A DNA stretch of 64,000 nucleotides from Paragordius varius (Eukaryota > Animalia > Nematomorpha): contig OZ176055.1 in NCBI GenBank assembly GCA_964247055.1, positions 3,906,001 to 3,970,000 on the forward strand, written 5' to 3'. Shown one piece after another: positions 11,801 to 23,700 of this stretch (position 1 is the first letter of the stretch; every line of letters begins with the position of its first letter). The notes below the pieces were generated by a model, which was given only the letters and a program-made list of their open reading frames with translations, did not search any database and was not told the DNA's origin. Made by a program: the position numbers and the translations under genes.

Positions 11801-14800
11801 CAACATAAAACCTTCCATTAAATCAATAGTTTTATAACTTGTAAGTTTAAAACTAAGCGATTAAATTCACACATTATGAATATTATGTGCCGTATTAAAA
11901 ACTACCTTATTTAATATTGGAAAAGTTTATGATGATCAGCATGATTAGTGAATAGATGGGTTAGTTCAAAAAGGTTTAATGTAAAAGGAGAGATTGTCAG
12001 TTTAAAGGAGTTTCGCTGTAATACCATCTAAACCAAAACCAAATTTTTTAATATACTTAATTGAATTAAACTTAAACCTTTATCACATTTATCCAACATT
12101 TTGCGCGTAAGTTTAAGACTAAGCGATTGAATGCAAACATTATCAATGTTATGTGCCTCATCAAAAACTATTACCGCTTTGGGGGACGTGATGCCCTTGC
12201 TTATGATATCAGCAATCTTCGGGTCCAACATGTAATTATAACTGAAAATTATGGCATCTGCTTCGAAAATGTGTTGCCTAAAATGAAAAAAAATAGATCA
12301 ATTTAAATGAATTAAAATGGTTAATTTTCAAAATGGTAAAAAACAATTATCCATGCAAAAAATTGTTCAAAAGGCGCATAATAAAAAATATTAACGATTA
12401 GCATCAACAGTATTAGAACAAGTAGGGCTTAAAATGGGTTGCGTATAACACAAAACTTTAAAATAAAATTTTTGCAGGTTGACTCTATTGATTTTTATAC
12501 ACCTAAATTATAAAATTGAAAAAAGATTAAATCAAAACCATGTTTCCAAAATTTGTGCATCATTTTAACAAAGTAAATTAAAAATAACTATTATCTCCTA
12601 CCTGGCCATAAAATAGGGACAAATGCCTTGTTCACTACAGGCTACTTTGAAATCTTCAATGTTATAAATAAGAGATTGCATAGGCATAGTTCGTCCAATT
12701 TTATCGTAATTGGCATAATAGGGACATATAGAATTTGAATTACTGGAGACTATATTGCTTCCGATCGAAGTTGTAAGGGAAGGATAAGTGATAGAGTAAC
12801 ACTTTGCATCCACTATTTTACCGTTTCTTTCTTTACTAATCTAAAATTTATACTTAATATTAAACTGTTTAGAATCAAACTGTATACAACATTTCATTAC
12901 TTTTTTGAGGTAGATGTCTATTCGCCATATTAAATATTTTTATACCGATAATATTACACCAAATAAAAATTATGCCTTTGTTAGCTTTTTATGCGCATTT
13001 TCAAAAAAAAATTTTAGATAATTGTAAATTGAATTTTTTACCGCTAAATACTTTTGCTGTAATATTTTAACGTTAGAAAACTGAAATAAATACTATATTA
13101 ATAAAAAACTAATAATGTATTAATAATGGCAGAATAATTAGTCAATCATTTCAATCAATCAAGTCGTTGTTTGTCCAGCATGTGCTAGCTTCCAAATTCT
13201 TGAGCGAAATAGCTTGCGATCGAGACAATCGTCTTTGTTCAGTTGAGTTAAGTGTAAGTCATTGCTGAGTATTTTTTCCCAATCATGGTATGGTCTGCCT
13301 CGTTTTAAATTGCCGTTCAGATGAAAGGATCTAATTTTGTTAATCCAACTATTTGAGCGTTCAATGTGACCCCAGTATCTGAGACGATTTGCTCTGAGAA
13401 AAGAAGACATAGGTGCGATATGAAACAGATTATGTATGCTTTTATTATTATTTGTTTTATCATTGTGATACTGATTGGTGAGGCATGAGTTGAGGATTTT
13501 TCTTTCTATGTCACATAATTTATTTTCATTAGTTTGGTTTAAGGGCCAACATTCGCTAGCATAGGTGAGGGCAGGGCGAATGACAATCGTGTAGATTTTG
13601 CCCTTGTTTGGGTTTGAAATGTGTTTGTGTTTCATTATATACTTGAGTTGATGAAATTTGGCCCAAGCCTGATGTGTCCGTGTTGTTATGGCGTTTTTAA
13701 TATTCATATCAGCTGCTATTGTATCACCCAGGTAATTGTACTTGTTTACTATTTCGATGTTTGTAGTTGGAAGGTAGGTGGTTTGTGTGGGATTATTTGG
13801 GTTTATATCTGGTGTTGCACAAGCTTTACATATAAAATTTTAGATTCCCAATAAACTTTTAATTTGTGAGCACTTTTTATGGACCCACAGCTGGCATTTA
13901 GTGCATTTAATGGAATTAAGTTTCACTTCAGAGTGACAAATGGAGCAAGGGAATTTTATTACAGGTACCGGTGAGCCTGTTATTAAAGCCTTTGTTTTAT
14001 CTGTGTTATTTTGAGGCCAAATTTTTCTAAAGTAGATTTCCAGAGGTTATATTTATTGATAATGTCTGTTTCGCTGGTGGCTGTTAGTATTATGTCGTCA
14101 GCGTACATCATCTCAAAAGGTAAACCTGTTTTTATATTATCAGTTATTACATCCATAATGATGATAAATAGTAATGGACTGAGGATGGAGCCCTGGTGTA
14201 GTCCGACAGTTACTGGAAATTGATTGGTATCACCCACGGGAGTTCTCACGCAACTAGTGGTGTTCTCATATAGTAAGTTTATTATTCTTATTATCCATTC
14301 CGGAATTTCTTTTTTTCGTAACGCAAATGTGATCATGGACCGCGAGATGCAGTCGAATGCACGGCTTAAATCAATAAAGATGTAATATAAGGTTTTGTTT
14401 TTGCATCTGTAGTTCTCTTGTAGCCTTCTAAGAATGAATATGGCGTCAGAGGTGCTGATCCCCTGTTGGAAACCGAATTGGTTTTCGTCAATCGAGCAAA
14501 TCTGACGTATTTTCTTTTCTATAATTATTTCGAATAATTTGGTTGCGTGTTCAAGTAATTTTAATGGCCTGTAGGAGGCGCAGTTGAGCATGTCGCCTTT
14601 GTTTTTATATATTGGAATTATGACACTTTGGTTCCAGTCGTTCGGGATTTTTTCCTCCATTATTATCAGATTAAATAGCTCTGTGAAATAGGTAATTGCT
14701 TCAGGAATATTTTTGTACATTTCAGTTTTAATTTCCGTTGGACCAGATGCTTATTGATTTTACATTTTTGCATGGCTAAGCTCACATCTTCTGGAGTAAT

Positions 14801-16265
14801 AATTGGGGGTGGCCCAATAACTGGAGGTAAGTTTGGGATCTCGACATTTGAATGCTGGAAATTCAGTGTATTTTGCATGTATTGTGTCCATACATTTTAA
14901 ATGCTAAGAGTGTCAGTAACTGTGTTGTTATTTTTATCTTTTATGGCTTTCACTACCCGAATATCTTTTTTATTATTATTAATATTTTTTAATGTTATAA
15001 AAACTTTTAAGTTTTTAATTTCTCCCTCAAGTTTTTTGGCCATTTCCAAACATCTTTCATTCATTTTGTCAGCTATTATTTTCTTTACTCTTTTTTTAAC
15101 CATTATGTAAAAATGTTTGTCATCATCATGTTTAGAAGCTTTCATTTCTTAAAGGCATCTCTTTTCTCATTCAATAAGGGTTTAATATCGCTTTGCCACC
15201 ACCATTGAGATTTTGTTTTGGTACGTTTTCTTCCGCGATTTTGGAAACGTTTGAGAGAAGGGTGTTTTTGAGATGCTCCCAGCCGTCATGAACGTTGTTA
15301 GGGATGTTTTAGTTCAGGTGTAATTTGGTTGATGTATTGATGCTTTGTTTTAGGATCATTAAGTTTTGCAACGTTAAGTTGTGGCAATTTTTTAGGGCTA
15401 GGTCGGTTCTTATTTATTATTAAAAAAGCAACTATTAGTTTATGTTGTGTATCATATTCATAAGTTTTAAAGTTGGTTATAATTTTTCTAAGTTGTTGGT
15501 TCAGCAACACAAAATCTATTTGCGATGTGTGATTTCCGCTTTTATATGTGTGGATTTGGCTAGGTTTTTTACAGAAGTGTGTGTTGCAAATCAATAAGTT
15601 TGCGGCACTGCAGAATTCCAAGAGGGTTTCGCCCTCTTTGTTTGCAAATCAGTTTCAATTGCATTTACGAGCTATATTTAATTAGCCAAAAGTTATAAAA
15701 AATAACTCAATTTTTAGCAATATTTTAATATTAATAAACCAAAATACTTCATTAGTATTCTTATAAATATATTTTTGTTTGTAACGAATTAAAAGCAGTG
15801 GGCAATATAATTTACTTCAGGGTGAATGCAATAATTTTTCCTTGATGATAAAGCCAATGCATAATAATTAAAATCAGGATCGACCTTTTCTTTATAATAT
15901 TTAATGAGATCTTTAAATTCTTCAATTACCTTAATAATATTAAAATAAAAACTTTTTCAATTTCTGGAACTGTACGTGAACAGTATATTAGCTTGGTAAT
16001 TTTTTCTAGGTATTTCTAATATTATAAAGTAATATACTTTTTGATAGGCAACAATAAGTGATATTAAGGATATAGTTTTTCCTGTGCCAGAAGGCATTTC
16101 AAGAATCGCATGACCCTTAATTGTTATATATAACATACTTGAGAATCTAATGTTTGCTTAAGTTCCCTCATATAATTATATTGTTCTGGATATATAAACT
16201 CAAACGGGAATATAACATCCAAATCATCAAAAGGTATCCTAAATTTTAAAATTTAAATACTTCAT
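7008..16265 (-). CDS. ERCC2: TFIIH Fe-S DNA helicase XPD, 764 aa. Exons (minus): 16265-16261, 16238-16139, 16115-16038, 16015-15953, 15929-15816, 12840-12602, 12277-12078, 11594-11403, 11020-10864, 10789-10671, 10426-10287, 9761-9636, 8798-8637, 8316-8164, 7890-7663, 7438-7295, 7082-7008
   Basis: The spliced CDS is 2295 nt with all phases consistent. It has Walker [28 protein letters not shown], all four Fe-S cysteines (NYCIHPE, AKCYS, SICPYY, GICPYF), [40 protein letters not shown] and [14 protein letters not shown]. Length is close to human XPD (760 aa). Confidence 0.97.
8800..8829. repeat. (TA)15 microsatellite directly abutting an XPD 3' splice site
   Basis: Read directly from the sequence. 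Confidence 0.95.
9776..9953. mobile_element. Foldback MITE, Tc1/mariner type, 178 bp, ~70-bp TIRs, TA TSD, in an XPD intron
   Basis: The left arm CAGTATGAATTTTGGTTGCTTATTTCACACTATAGTTGGGTAATATGCAACACAGTAGTGTATGGAAAAA is near-perfectly complementary to the right arm. TA at 9774-9775 and 9954-9955. Confidence 0.88.
11841..11904 (-). pseudogene. Decayed intronic duplicate of part of XPD exon 7 (DEAH region)
   Basis: About 80% identical by eye to 12107-12170. Translates [20 protein letters not shown] versus the real [23 protein letters not shown]. Confidence 0.8.
13142..15652 (-). mobile_element. 5'-truncated, decayed RTE-clade non-LTR retrotransposon (APE C-terminus, RT, PHD finger, C-terminal domain) in XPD intron 5, sense to the host
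   Basis: APE end [26 protein letters not shown] motifs [52 protein letters not shown]-terminus [12 protein letters not shown] and [15 protein letters not shown]. Several frameshifts and stops; short TGAT-repeat tail at 13142-13161. Confidence 0.93.
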
Positions 16266-17763
16266 TCTGGGACGAACCTTAAAAAATAGCAAATTTGTTA
16301 TTTACAGAATTTTGTTATATTTGCCTATATTTAATATAATATAATTTAAAAGTATTTAATGCGTGCTTACACATATAAAATATTAACAATTTAAATTTGT
16401 ATCAAATGACATATAGAACAAATAGTAATTTATTTAAAAGTAATAGAAATAAATAATTTATCAAACAGAATATATTTTTTATTTAGATCACATTTCAGTC
16501 GTAGGTGATTGAGAATAGTAAAGTTATATAAGGTCGATCGTGTATTATTTATAATTTGTATGCAATCCAGAAATTGAATGTATATGCGCAGGGTTTTTAA
16601 AATTATTGCGATTTTTTACGGTTAGTGGCAAACATATGTATGAAATGCCACAAAGGAAAAATTATTTTTGGGGCCATACATTTGTGTTCAATAACATTTT
16701 AGTATAAATTTATTTAAAAAAGAAGCTGTTTTACTTAAAATATATAGAAGTCAAAGTTAAATAATTAGCTTATATATTTTTGTGATTTTATTCACTCTTG
16801 AATTGTATTTTGATTCCTAATTTTACAAAATTTATAGGTAAAAGAATATGGACTTTTAAATATACATTGTTTCCAATCTTAACCCTATACACAATGCACC
16901 TGATAAATTTTAATACAATATGATTAATCTCTGAGCAATTAAGTTATGATAACCAGGTTGTATTACAATAAACGAACACGGTAGCAGAGAATTTGTAAAC
17001 AATCTAATATAGGTATTTTCAAGAATTTTAAAATTTTAAAAATTAAGCATCAATTTATTAATTATATAAGTAAATATGTTTAAAAGGATACAATTTAACA
17101 TCGTTATTTTTCATTCAAATTATATCGAATATACTATTAGGGTATGGAACAATCAACCGAAGCCTTTTAAAAAATCTATTTACCATACTAATATAATTAT
17201 TTCCAGCAATCATATTAAATTTCTCAAGCCAATAAGGTATTTTCATTAATCAACGTTAATTTTCCTATAATTAAATCGTATTTTCCATGATAAATTAAGT
17301 TCCAACAATAAAATATATAGTTCATGATATAGAATTTCATGATAATCAAATTATATTACCCATATTAAATATTTTCAACAACCAACGATAATTTTTCAAC
17401 AATCAAATTATATTACCCATAAATGATTCCAACATTAAACCATCACTTTCAACAATCGAATTTAAATACCAGTGTTATTACGCAAAAAAATTTTCAACAT
17501 AAATCTTTTTCATAATATAACTTGTGACAGCTAAATAGAAATTATTGTGTTATAAGTATGTAAAATGAAAAAGATTATTAGATGAGAGATTATAAAAAAA
17601 CTTAACTATATGATTTAAAGGCTTTATTAACTAATTATCTGTCAAAATGATAATAAGCACTAAATCAAAGTTTTATTATTTTTAATTATCCTTTATTTCT
17701 ACTTTTTGCCAAATTTTTATTCCGTCAACAAACAAATAAATTTTCGTGCGGCAAATGAATATA

Positions 17764-20700
17764 TTTCCAACAATAAATTATATTACCCGAGTTATTATAA
17801 TTATTTCCAAAAATCAAATAATATTAAGCGTGCTATAATAAGTATTTCCAACAATCAACCATCACTTTCCAAAAATATATTACCCAAATTAATATAATTA
17901 TTTCCAACAATCTAATAATATTAACCGTGCTATAAAAAGTATTTCCAACAATCAACCATCACTTTCCAACAATCAAAATATATTACCCAAATTAATATAA
18001 TTATTTCCAACAATCAAATAATATTAACCGTGCTATAATAAGTATTTCCAACAATCAACCATTACTTTCAATGAATGAATTATATTTACCGTGCTATAAT
18101 AAGTATTTCTAAGAATAACCATCACTTTTACACAATCAAATAATGTTATCCGTGCTATAATAAGTATTTTTAACAATCAACCATCACTTTTCAACAATCA
18201 AAAAATGTTAACCGTGCAATAATAAATATTCCAATAATCAACCTTCACTTTTCAACAATCAAATAATGTTATCCGTTCTATAATAAGTATTTTCAACAAT
18301 CAACCATCACTTTTCAACAATCAAATAAAATTAACCGTACTATAATATTTCCAACAAACAACCATCATTTTTCAACAATCAAATAATATTTACCGTGCTA
18401 TATAATAAGTATTTCCAACAGTGAACCATCACTTTTCATCAATCAAATTATATTAACCGTGCTATACCAAGAATCAACCATCACTTTCAACAATCAAATA
18501 ATGTTATCCGTGATATAAGAAGTATTTTCAACAATCAACCTTCACTTTTCAACAATCAAATAATGTTATCCGTGTTAAATAATAAATACTTCCAACAATC
18601 ATCCATCACTTTTCAACCAAATAATATAAACCATGCTATAATAAGTATTTTCAACAATCAACCATCACTTTTCCACAATCAAATAATGTTACCGTGCAAT
18701 AAATATTTCCAATAATCAACCATCACTTTTCAACAATCAAATAATGTTATCCGTTCTATAAGAAGTATTTTCAACAATCAACCTTCACTTTTCAACAATC
18801 AAATAATGTTATCCGTGTTACTATAAGTATTTTCAAAAATCAACCATCACTTTTCCATAAATAATAAATACTTCCAACAATCATCCATCACTTTTCAACC
18901 AAATAATATAAACCGTGCTATAATAAGTATTTTCAACAATCAACCATCACTTTTCCACAATCAAATAATGTTAACCGTGCAATAATAAATATTTCCAATA
19001 ATCAACCATCACTTTTCAACAATCAAATAATGTTATCCGTTTTATAATAAGTATTTTCAACAATCAACCTTCACTTTTCAACAATCAAATAAAATTAACC
19101 GTACTATAATAAGTATTTCCAACAAACAACCATCATTTTTCAACAATCAAATAATGTTATCCGTGCTATATAATAAGTATTTCCAACAATCAACCATCAC
19201 TTTTCCACAATCAAATAATATTAACGGTGCAATAATAAATATTTCCAATAATCAACCATCACTTTTCAACAATCAAATAATATTAACCGCTATAATAAGT
19301 ATTTCCAACAATCAACCATCACTTTTCAACAATCAAACCAAATTAACATGCTCTAATAAGTATTTCCAACAATCAACCATCACTTTCTACTAATCAAATC
19401 ATATTTCCTGTGCTATTATGAGTATTTCGAACAATCAACCATCACTTTTCATCAATTAAATAATATTAACCGTGCAATAATAAGTATTTCCAACAATCAA
19501 CCATCACTTTTCAACAATCAAATAATATTAACCGTGCAATAATAAGTATTTCCAACAATCAACCATCACTTTTCAACAAGAATAATATTAACCGTGCTAT
19601 AATAATTATTTCCAACAACCAACCATCACTTTTCAACAATCAAATAATATTAACCGTGCTATAATAAATATTTCCAAAATCAACCATCACTTTTCAACAA
19701 TCAAATAATATTAACCGTGCTATAATAAATATTTCCAACAATCAACCATCACTTTTCAACAAGCAAATAATATTAACCGTGCTATAATAAATATTTCCAA
19801 CAATCAACCATCACTTTTTATCAATTAAATAATATTAACCGTGCAATAATAAGTATTTCCAACAATCAACCATCACCTTTCAACAATCAAATAAGGTTAA
19901 CCGTGCTATAATTAGTATTTCCAACAATCAACCATCACTTTTCAACAAAATAATATTAACCGTGCTATAATAAGTATTTCCAACAATCAACCATCACTTT
20001 CTACGAAAAAAATAATGTTAACCGTACTATAATAAGTATTTCCAAAATCAACCATCACTTTTCATCAATCAAATAATATTAACCGTTCTATAATAAGTAT
20101 TTCCAACAATCAACCATCACTTTTCAACAATTAAATAAAATTAACATGCTCTAATAAGTATTTCCAACAATCAACCATCACTTTCTCCGAATTAATTATA
20201 TTTACCGTGCTATAATAAGTATTTCCAACAATCAACCATCACTTTTCAACAATCAAATAATATAAACCGTGCTATAATAAATATTTCCAACAATCAACCA
20301 TCACATTGTAACAATCAAATAATATTAACCGTGCTATAATAAATATTTCCAACAATCAACCATCACTTTTCATCAATCAAATAATATTAACCGTGCAATA
20401 ATAAGTATTTCCAACAATCAACCATCACTTTTCAACAATCAAATAATATAAACCGTGCTATAATAAATATTTCCAACAATCAACCATCACATTGTAACAA
20501 TCAAATAATATTAACCGTGCAATAATAAGTATTTCCAAAATCAACCATCACTTTTCATCAATCAAATAATATTAACCGTTCTATAATAAGTATTTCCAAC
20601 AATCAACCATCACTTTTCAACAATTAAATAAAATTAACATGCTCTAATAAGTATTTCCAACAATCAACCATCACTTTCTCCGAATTAATTATATTTACCG

Positions 20701-23700
20701 TGCTATAATAAGTATTTCCAACAATCAACCATCACTTTTCAACAATCAAATAATATAAACCGTGCTATAATAAATATTTCCAACAATCAACCATCACATT
20801 GTAACAATCAAATAATATTAACCGTGCTATAATAAATATTTCCAACAATCAACCATCACTTTTCATCAATCAAATAATATTAACCGTGCAATAATAAGTA
20901 TTTCCAACAATCAACCATCACTTTTCAACAATCAAATAATATAAACCGTGCTATAATAAATATTTCCAACAATCAACCATCACATTGTAACAATCAAATA
21001 ATATTAACCGTGCAATAATAAGTATTTCCAACAATCAACCATCACTTTTCATCAATCAAATAATATTAACCGTTCTATAATAAGTATTTCCAACAATCAA
21101 CCATCACTTTTCAACAATTAAATAAAATTAACATGCTCTAATAAGTATTTCCAACAATCAACCATCACTTTCTCCGAATTAATTATATTTACCGTGCTAT
21201 AATAAGTATTTCCAACAATCAACCATCACTTTTCAACAATCAAATAATATAAACCGTACTATAATAAATATTTCCAACAATCAACCATCACTTTTCAACA
21301 ATTAAATAAAATTAACATGCTCTAATAAGTATTTCCAACAATCAACCATCACTTTCTCCGAATTAATTATATTTACCGTGCTATAATAAGTATTTCCAAC
21401 AATCAACCATCACTTTTCAACAATCAAATAATATAATCCGTGCTATAATAAATATTTCCAACAATCAACCATCACATTGTAACAATCCAATAATATTAAC
21501 CGTGCAATAATAAGTATTTCCAACAATCAACCATCACTTTTCATCAATCAAATAATATTAACCGTGCAATAATAAATATTTCCAACAATCAACCATCACT
21601 TTTCAACAATCAAATAATATAAACCGTGCTATAATAAATATTTCCAACAATCAACCATCACATTGTAACAATCAAATAATATTAACCGTGCAATAATAAG
21701 TATTTCCAACAATCAACCATCACTTTTCATCAATCAAATAATATTAACCGTGCTATAATAAATATTTCCAACAATCAAGCATCACATTTCAACAATCAAA
21801 TAATGTTAACAGTGCAATAATAAATATATTCAACAATCAACCATCACTTTTCAACAATCAAATAATGTTAACCGTGCAATAATAAATATATTCAACAATC
21901 AATCATCACTTTTCAACAATCAAATAATGTTATCCGTGCTATAATAAATATTTCCAACAATCAACCATCACTTTTCAACAATCAAATAATGTTATCCGTG
22001 CTATAATAAATATATTCAACAATCAACCATCACTTTTCAACAATCAAATAATGTTAACCGTACTATAATAAATATTTCCAACAATCAACCATCACTTTTC
22101 AACAATCAAATAATGTTAACCGTACTATAATAAGTATTTTCAACAATCAACCATCACTTTTAAACAATCAAATAATGTTAACCGTGCTATAATAAATATT
22201 TCCAACAATCAACCATCACTTTTCAACAATCAAATAATGTTAACCGTCCTATGATAAGTATTTCCAACAATCAACCATCAATTTTCACCAATCAAATAAT
22301 GTTAACCGTTCTATAAAAAGTATTCTAACAATCAACCATCACTTTTCAACAATCAAATAATGTTAACCGTCCTATAATAAGTATTTCCAACAATCAACCA
22401 TCAATTTTCACCAATCAAATAATGTTTACCGTTTTATAATAAGTATTTCCAACAATCAACCATCACTTTCTACGAATCAAATTATATTTACCGGGATATA
22501 ATAAGTATTTCCAACAATCAACCATCACTTTTCAACAATCAAATAATGTTAACCGTGCTTTAATAAATATTTCCAACAATCAACCATCACTTTTCAACAA
22601 TCAAATAATGTTAACCGTGCTTTAATACGTATTTCCAACAATCAACCATCACTTTTCACCAATCAAATGATGTTAACCGTGCTATAATAAGGATTTCCAA
22701 CAATCAACCATCACTTTTCAACAGTCAAATAATGTTAACCATTCTATAATAAGTATTTCCAACAATCAACCATCACTTTTCAACAATCAAATAATGTTAA
22801 CCGTCCTATAATAAGTATTTCCAACAATCAACCATCAATTTTCACCAATCAAATAATGTTAACCGTGCTATAATAAGTATTTCCAACAATCAACCATCAC
22901 TTTTCAACAATCAAATAATGTTAACCGTGCTATAATAAGGATTTCCAACAATCAACCATCACTTTTCAACAGTCAAATAATGTTAACCATTCTATAATAA
23001 GTATTTCCAACAATCAACCATCACTTTTCAACAATCAAATAATGTTAACCGTCCTATAATAAGTATTTCCAACAATCAACCATCACTTTTCACCAATCAA
23101 ATAATGTTAACCGTGCTTTAATAAGTATTTCCAACAATCAACCATCACTTTTCAACAATCAAATAATGTTAACCGTCCTATGATAAGTATTTCCAACCAT
23201 CACTTTTCACCAATCAAATAATGTTAACCGTGCTTTAATAAGTATTTCCAACAATCAACCATCACTTTTCAACAATCAAATAATGTTAACCGTGCTATAA
23301 TAAGGATTTCCAACAATCAACCATTACTTTTCAACAGTCAAATAATGTTAACCATTCTATAATAAGTATTTCCAACAATCAACCATCACTTTTCACCAAT
23401 CAAATAATGTTAACCGTGCTTTAATAAGTATTTCCAACAATCAATAATCACTTTTCAACAATCAAATAATGTTAACCGTGCTTTAATAAGTATTTCCAAC
23501 AATCAACCATCACTTTTCAACAATCAAATAATGTTAACCGTGCTATAATAAGGATTTCCAACAATCAACCATCACTGTTCAACAATCAAATAATGTTAAC
23601 CGTGCTTTAATAAGTATTTCCAACAATCAACCATCAATTTTCACCAATCAAATAATGTTAACCGTGGTATAAAAAGTATTTCCAACAATCAACCATCACT

